This document shows, one piece after another, positions 60,808 to 64,000 of a stretch of 64,000 bases of DNA. The position numbers and the translations under genes are program-made. The DNA lies in the NCBI GenBank assembly GCA_016708565.1, contig JADJFN010000037.1, positions 64,001-128,000 on the forward strand, given 5' to 3'. Within the stretch, counting starts at the first letter, position 1. Each line of letters starts with the position of its first letter. The notes beneath the pieces were generated by a model, which saw only the letters and a list, made by a program, of their open reading frames with translations, searched no databases and had not been told where the DNA came from. This DNA comes from Myxococcales bacterium. Its GTDB lineage: Bacteria > Myxococcota_A > Polyangia > Haliangiales > Haliangiaceae.

Positions 60808-63800
60808 ATGACCTGGGACCGTCGAGACGAAGGCAAGGAAGCGACGGCGCCGGCGGCGGCAGAGCCGAAGGCGGCGTCGAGCCGCGTGGACGCGCCGGCG
60901 AACGACGCTGACTACCAGGCCCAGTGCGACGCCCGCGTGGTGCAGTTCCTCAGCGCGCCGTTGCCGCTGACGCCGTCGGAGCGGGAGGCGCGTGACGCGG
61001 GCGGGGCGGCGTCGGAGGCGGGCGGCGGGCCGGTGCAGCACGCGCACCCGAGCGCGGGGCGGGTGACGGGCGACGGCGGGCTGGGGTTGCCGGCGAGCGG
61101 CGAGGCGCTGCCGCACGGCGATCGCATCCGCGGCTCGTTCGGCGCCCACGCGGGCGTGCTCGATGGGGTCACGGCCCACGTCGGCGGCGAGGGCGGCGCG
61201 ATCACGCGGGCGCAGGGCGCGCAGGCGCTCGCGGTCGGCGATCACGTCGCGTTCGCGGCGCCACCCGACCTGCACCTGGCCGCGCACGAGGCCGCGCACG
61301 TCGCGCAGCAGCAGCAGGGCGTGCAGTTCCACGGCGCCGGCGGCGACGCCGCGCTCGAGGCCCACGCCGATCAGGTCGCGGATCGCGTGGTCGCCGGCCG
61401 CAGCGCCGAGGATCTGCTGGCGCCCGGGCCGGCGGTGGGCGCGCGGGTGCAGCGCAAGGTCGCGACCGCGACCGAGCGCGACATGGTGCCCGAGCTCGAT
61501 CCCGGGCTCGAGAAGGACCTGCTGGAGATCTTGAAGCGCCCGGTCGCCGCCGGCGATCAAGAGGAGGCCGACCTGCGCGCGGCCGAGTTCGACGGCCTGT
61601 TGATGCCGTTCGACGTCGACGTCTACGCGTCGCTGTGGGCGCGGCTGTCGGTGCAGCCGCCGCCCGCCTCCGACAAGCTGGCGACCGCGTTCCACCACAC
61701 GTTCTCGACGAAGACCCGGACGCGCATGCTCAAGCGCATCGAGCACGCGGCGCGCGAGTACAAGCCGGTGCAGGCGGTCAGCGACGCGGCCGGCGCCGAC
61801 GTGTGGAAGCAGCTCGCGCCCGGCGAGACCACCAAGGCGGTGCATGAGACCGCGCGGGTGAGCGCCGAGAAGGGCCTGCACCTGCGCGCGACGCCGGCCG
61901 GCGACAAGGGCACGCTGTTGCCGTTCGGCACGATGGTCATCGCCGACCGCGAGACCTCGAACGGCTGGTACCACGTGGTCGCGCCCGGCATGGACGGCAG
62001 CCCGACCGGCGAGGGCTTCGTCGAGTCGCACCTGGTGGTGACCGATCCGCCGGAGCCGACCGCGGGGCTGTACCAGGTGAAGCCTGGCGACATGCTCAAG
62101 GACATCGCCGCGCAGCACTACCCGAAGTTCGTGTGGGGCGCCGACGCGCGGCTGTACGTGCAGGCGATCTACCACGCCAACCACGGGCGCCGCGCCGTGT
62201 ACCGCAAGGGCGCCGGGCAGATCGACGTCGACGACAAGGCGCTGTCGACCAAGGACAACCACGAGGCGTTCGAGCTGTGGTCCCGGGCGAAGGTCCGCGA
62301 GGGCCACATGCTGTGGGTGCCGTCGGAGGAGTTCGTCAACCAGCTGCGCGCCAGCGGCAAGATCGTCTCGGGGTCCGACAGCTACGAGGCGGTCCAGGAC
62401 CTCGGCGAGATGATGCGCGACGCCTGGGACTCGACGGTCGGCGTGATCGAGCGCGCGATCGACTGGGCCCAGTACGCGGCCGGCTTCGTGGTCGGCTTGC
62501 TCGAGGGGGCGTGGGGCTCGCTGGCCGACCTGTTCAAGGGCGTCGGCGAGCTGGCGTCGATGATCTGGTCGGCGGCCAAGATGCTGGTCGGCGACTTCTC
62601 CGAGATCAAGCAGCTGGCCAAGGACCTGTCCGCGGCGTGGAAGAACAAGACGGAGATCATGCAGGGCATCGCCACCGACTTCATGGCGAAGTGGGAGGCG
62701 AAGAACGACTACGACCGCGGCAACTTCCAGGGCGAGTTCCTGGGCTACGTGATGATGCTGGCGTTCATCACGCTGGTGACGATGGGCGAGGGCACGGTCA
62801 TCGCCGGCGCCGGGCGCTTCGGCGCGTTCATCAAGGTGATCCAGGCGGCCGACGCCGCCGGCTCGATCGGTACCTACGTCGGCAAGCTGCGCAAGAGCAT
62901 CAAGCTGCCGGCCAAGGCGGTGAAGGAGGCCGAGGAGGCGGTCGGCAAGAACGCGCGCAAGGTCGTGAAGATGGGCGGCGACGCCGACGCGCCCGACGTC
63001 GACGCGCCGCACGTCGACAAGCCGCACGTCGACAAGCCGCACGCCGACAAGCCGGCGGGGCCTGATCCCGACGCGCCGCGGAAGGGCGGCCCCTACAAGG
63101 ACCCCGACGATCCGACACGGGAGGCGCACCAGCCGATCCGGACGCTCGCCGACGACGAGCTGGCCCACGCCAAGGACCTGCACCCGACCCGCCGGGGCAA
63201 GGATCTGATGCGCCCGGGGTCGCGGGCGGTCGGCAAGGTGTTGAAGACCCGGGGCGAGGGCGAGACGATCCTCCACCTGCTCGCCACCGGCGACAAGAAC
63301 GCGCTGGCGGCGCTCGACATCGACGACATCCCGAAGAAGCTGAAGGTCACCGAGCGCGAGTGGGCGCTGGTCGAGACCCGCGACGGCTTCGTCATGTACA
63401 TCGGCGACGCGGACAACGTGAGCATGCCGCCCAACGTGCGGTCGGTCGCGCACACGCACCCGACCCACGCCAAGGGCAAGCGCCTCGAGCTCGACGTGCC
63501 CGACGGTCAAGGCGGCATCGACTTCGCCGACATCGCCAAGGACCCGAGCAAGGCCAAGGGCTCAGGCCTGTTGCCGTCGGCGATGGACCTGCACACCGTC
63601 GTCGATGGCACCGAGCACACGCTCCACACCCAGTTCGTCATGGACTGGGATGGCACGATCACCAACGCGGTGGACGGCGATACGCGACCGCGGGTGCAGG
63701 TCCACATCAGCAAGTCGCGCGTGGTCCGCTACAGCGAGCGCCAGAAGGTCTACTTCTACCAGGCGCAGATCGACGTCAGCGCGAGCGGCCAGTCGATCTG

Positions 63801-63915
63801 GAGCGGCGATCTCTACGGGCAACGCGGGTTCCAGACCGACACCGACAAGGTCTCGTTCAAGCGCTTCGGTGAGCTGGATCGTCCACCCCCGGTGAGCTAC
63901 GTCGATCCGCCATGA
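60808..63915 (+). CDS. DUF4157-like zincin (HEAAH) plus SH3b plus LysM multidomain protein, toxin-like (paralog B)
   Basis: Internal ATG of track ORF 60769..63915. Its N-terminus [15 protein letters not shown]...[27 protein letters not shown] aligns with paralog A. DUF4157 core [19 protein letters not shown]...[18 protein letters not shown]3b-like [36 protein letters not shown]. LysM-like [17 protein letters not shown]. The conserved C-terminal ~300 aa are shared with paralog A. Confidence 0.8.
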   Translation: MTWDRRDEGKEATAPAAAEPKAASSRVDAPANDADYQAQCDARVVQFLSAPLPLTPSEREARDAGGAASEAGGGPVQHAHPSAGRVTGDGGLGLPASGEALPHGDRIRGSFGAHAGVLDGVTAHVGGEGGAITRAQGAQALAVGDHVAFAAPPDLHLAAHEAAHVAQQQQGVQFHGAGGDAALEAHADQVADRVVAGRSAEDLLAPGPAVGARVQRKVATATERDMVPELDPGLEKDLLEILKRPVAAGDQEEADLRAAEFDGLLMPFDVDVYASLWARLSVQPPPASDKLATAFHHTFSTKTRTRMLKRIEHAAREYKPVQAVSDAAGADVWKQLAPGETTKAVHETARVSAEKGLHLRATPAGDKGTLLPFGTMVIADRETSNGWYHVVAPGMDGSPTGEGFVESHLVVTDPPEPTAGLYQVKPGDMLKDIAAQHYPKFVWGADARLYVQAIYHANHGRRAVYRKGAGQIDVDDKALSTKDNHEAFELWSRAKVREGHMLWVPSEEFVNQLRASGKIVSGSDSYEAVQDLGEMMRDAWDSTVGVIERAIDWAQYAAGFVVGLLEGAWGSLADLFKGVGELASMIWSAAKMLVGDFSEIKQLAKDLSAAWKNKTEIMQGIATDFMAKWEAKNDYDRGNFQGEFLGYVMMLAFITLVTMGEGTVIAGAGRFGAFIKVIQAADAAGSIGTYVGKLRKSIKLPAKAVKEAEEAVGKNARKVVKMGGDADAPDVDAPHVDKPHVDKPHADKPAGPDPDAPRKGGPYKDPDDPTREAHQPIRTLADDELAHAKDLHPTRRGKDLMRPGSRAVGKVLKTRGEGETILHLLATGDKNALAALDIDDIPKKLKVTEREWALVETRDGFVMYIGDADNVSMPPNVRSVAHTHPTHAKGKRLELDVPDGQGGIDFADIAKDPSKAKGSGLLPSAMDLHTVVDGTEHTLHTQFVMDWDGTITNAVDGDTRPRVQVHISKSRVVRYSERQKVYFYQAQIDVSASGQSIWSGDLYGQRGFQTDTDKVSFKRFGELDRPPPVSYVDPP

Positions 63916-64000
63916 GCCTCGTCACCTACCCCGAGTACTACACGTGTGGCGAGGGCCGGTTCCTGGTCCGCCGGCGGTTGATCGTCGGCACCAGCATCTA
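63912..64000 (+). CDS. pseudokinase-like protein, paralog of 57202..58092 (5' fragment at window end)
   Basis: ATGA overlap with the upstream gene. [29 protein letters not shown] aligns with [29 protein letters not shown]. Confidence 0.6.
   Translation, partial: MSLVTYPEYYTCGEGRFLVRRRLIVGTSI

Noticed and set aside
60259-63510. 1083-aa minus-strand ORF
   Set aside because: Antisense to DUF4157 paralog B. Only its extreme 3' tail (60259-60613) may overlap a genuine small gene, listed separately as uncertain.

Overview
Very high-GC (~70%+) bacterial chromosome segment. The gene content is myxobacteria-like, with many lipobox lipoproteins, TPR-rich envelope operons and an Mx-type retron, and the apparent gene density is near 90%. 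The six-frame track is dominated by spurious R/A/G/P-rich antisense ORFs. Real genes were chosen by protein-like composition, recognisable motifs, and start/stop overlaps of the ATGA, GTGA and TGATG kind.

Housekeeping genes present:
- Lrp/AsnC regulator divergent from a Cys/Met PLP enzyme
- hisG-murA pair
- RNB exoribonuclease
- hemF
- M16 peptidase
- HIT protein
- ABC transporter
- obg
- fatty-acid desaturase
- Wza/Wzy/Wzc/CapD polysaccharide cluster
- PhoD

Notable systems:
1. A retron-like element at about 23.2-25.3 kb. A structured, lower-GC ~220-nt ncRNA is bounded by a perfect 13-nt inverted repeat (a2/a1). It is followed by a reverse transcriptase carrying the retron NAxxH and VTG motifs and a ~240-aa N-terminal extension, then a small His-rich ORF. 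The element sits directly downstream of a translationally coupled WGR-domain/SWIM-zinc-finger gene pair.
2. A ten-kb translationally coupled envelope operon at about 25.5-35.5 kb. It encodes TPR and coiled-coil proteins, two tandem small secreted paralogs and an FHA-like/TM/TonB-C-like protein, and resembles a myxobacterial Glt gliding-motility module. One TPR gene carries a +1 frameshift.
3. Three paralogous large proteins with an N-terminal DUF4157-like zincin (HEAAH) domain, a signature of polymorphic-toxin or eCIS cargo. Two form a tandemly duplicated module of toxin-like protein plus a degenerate protein-kinase-like (pseudokinase) gene. All three are preceded by a conserved ~35-40 nt promoter-like motif.

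No rRNA, CRISPR array or obvious IS element was seen, and tRNAs were not detected by eye. Hand-derived coordinates may be off by 1-2 nt.
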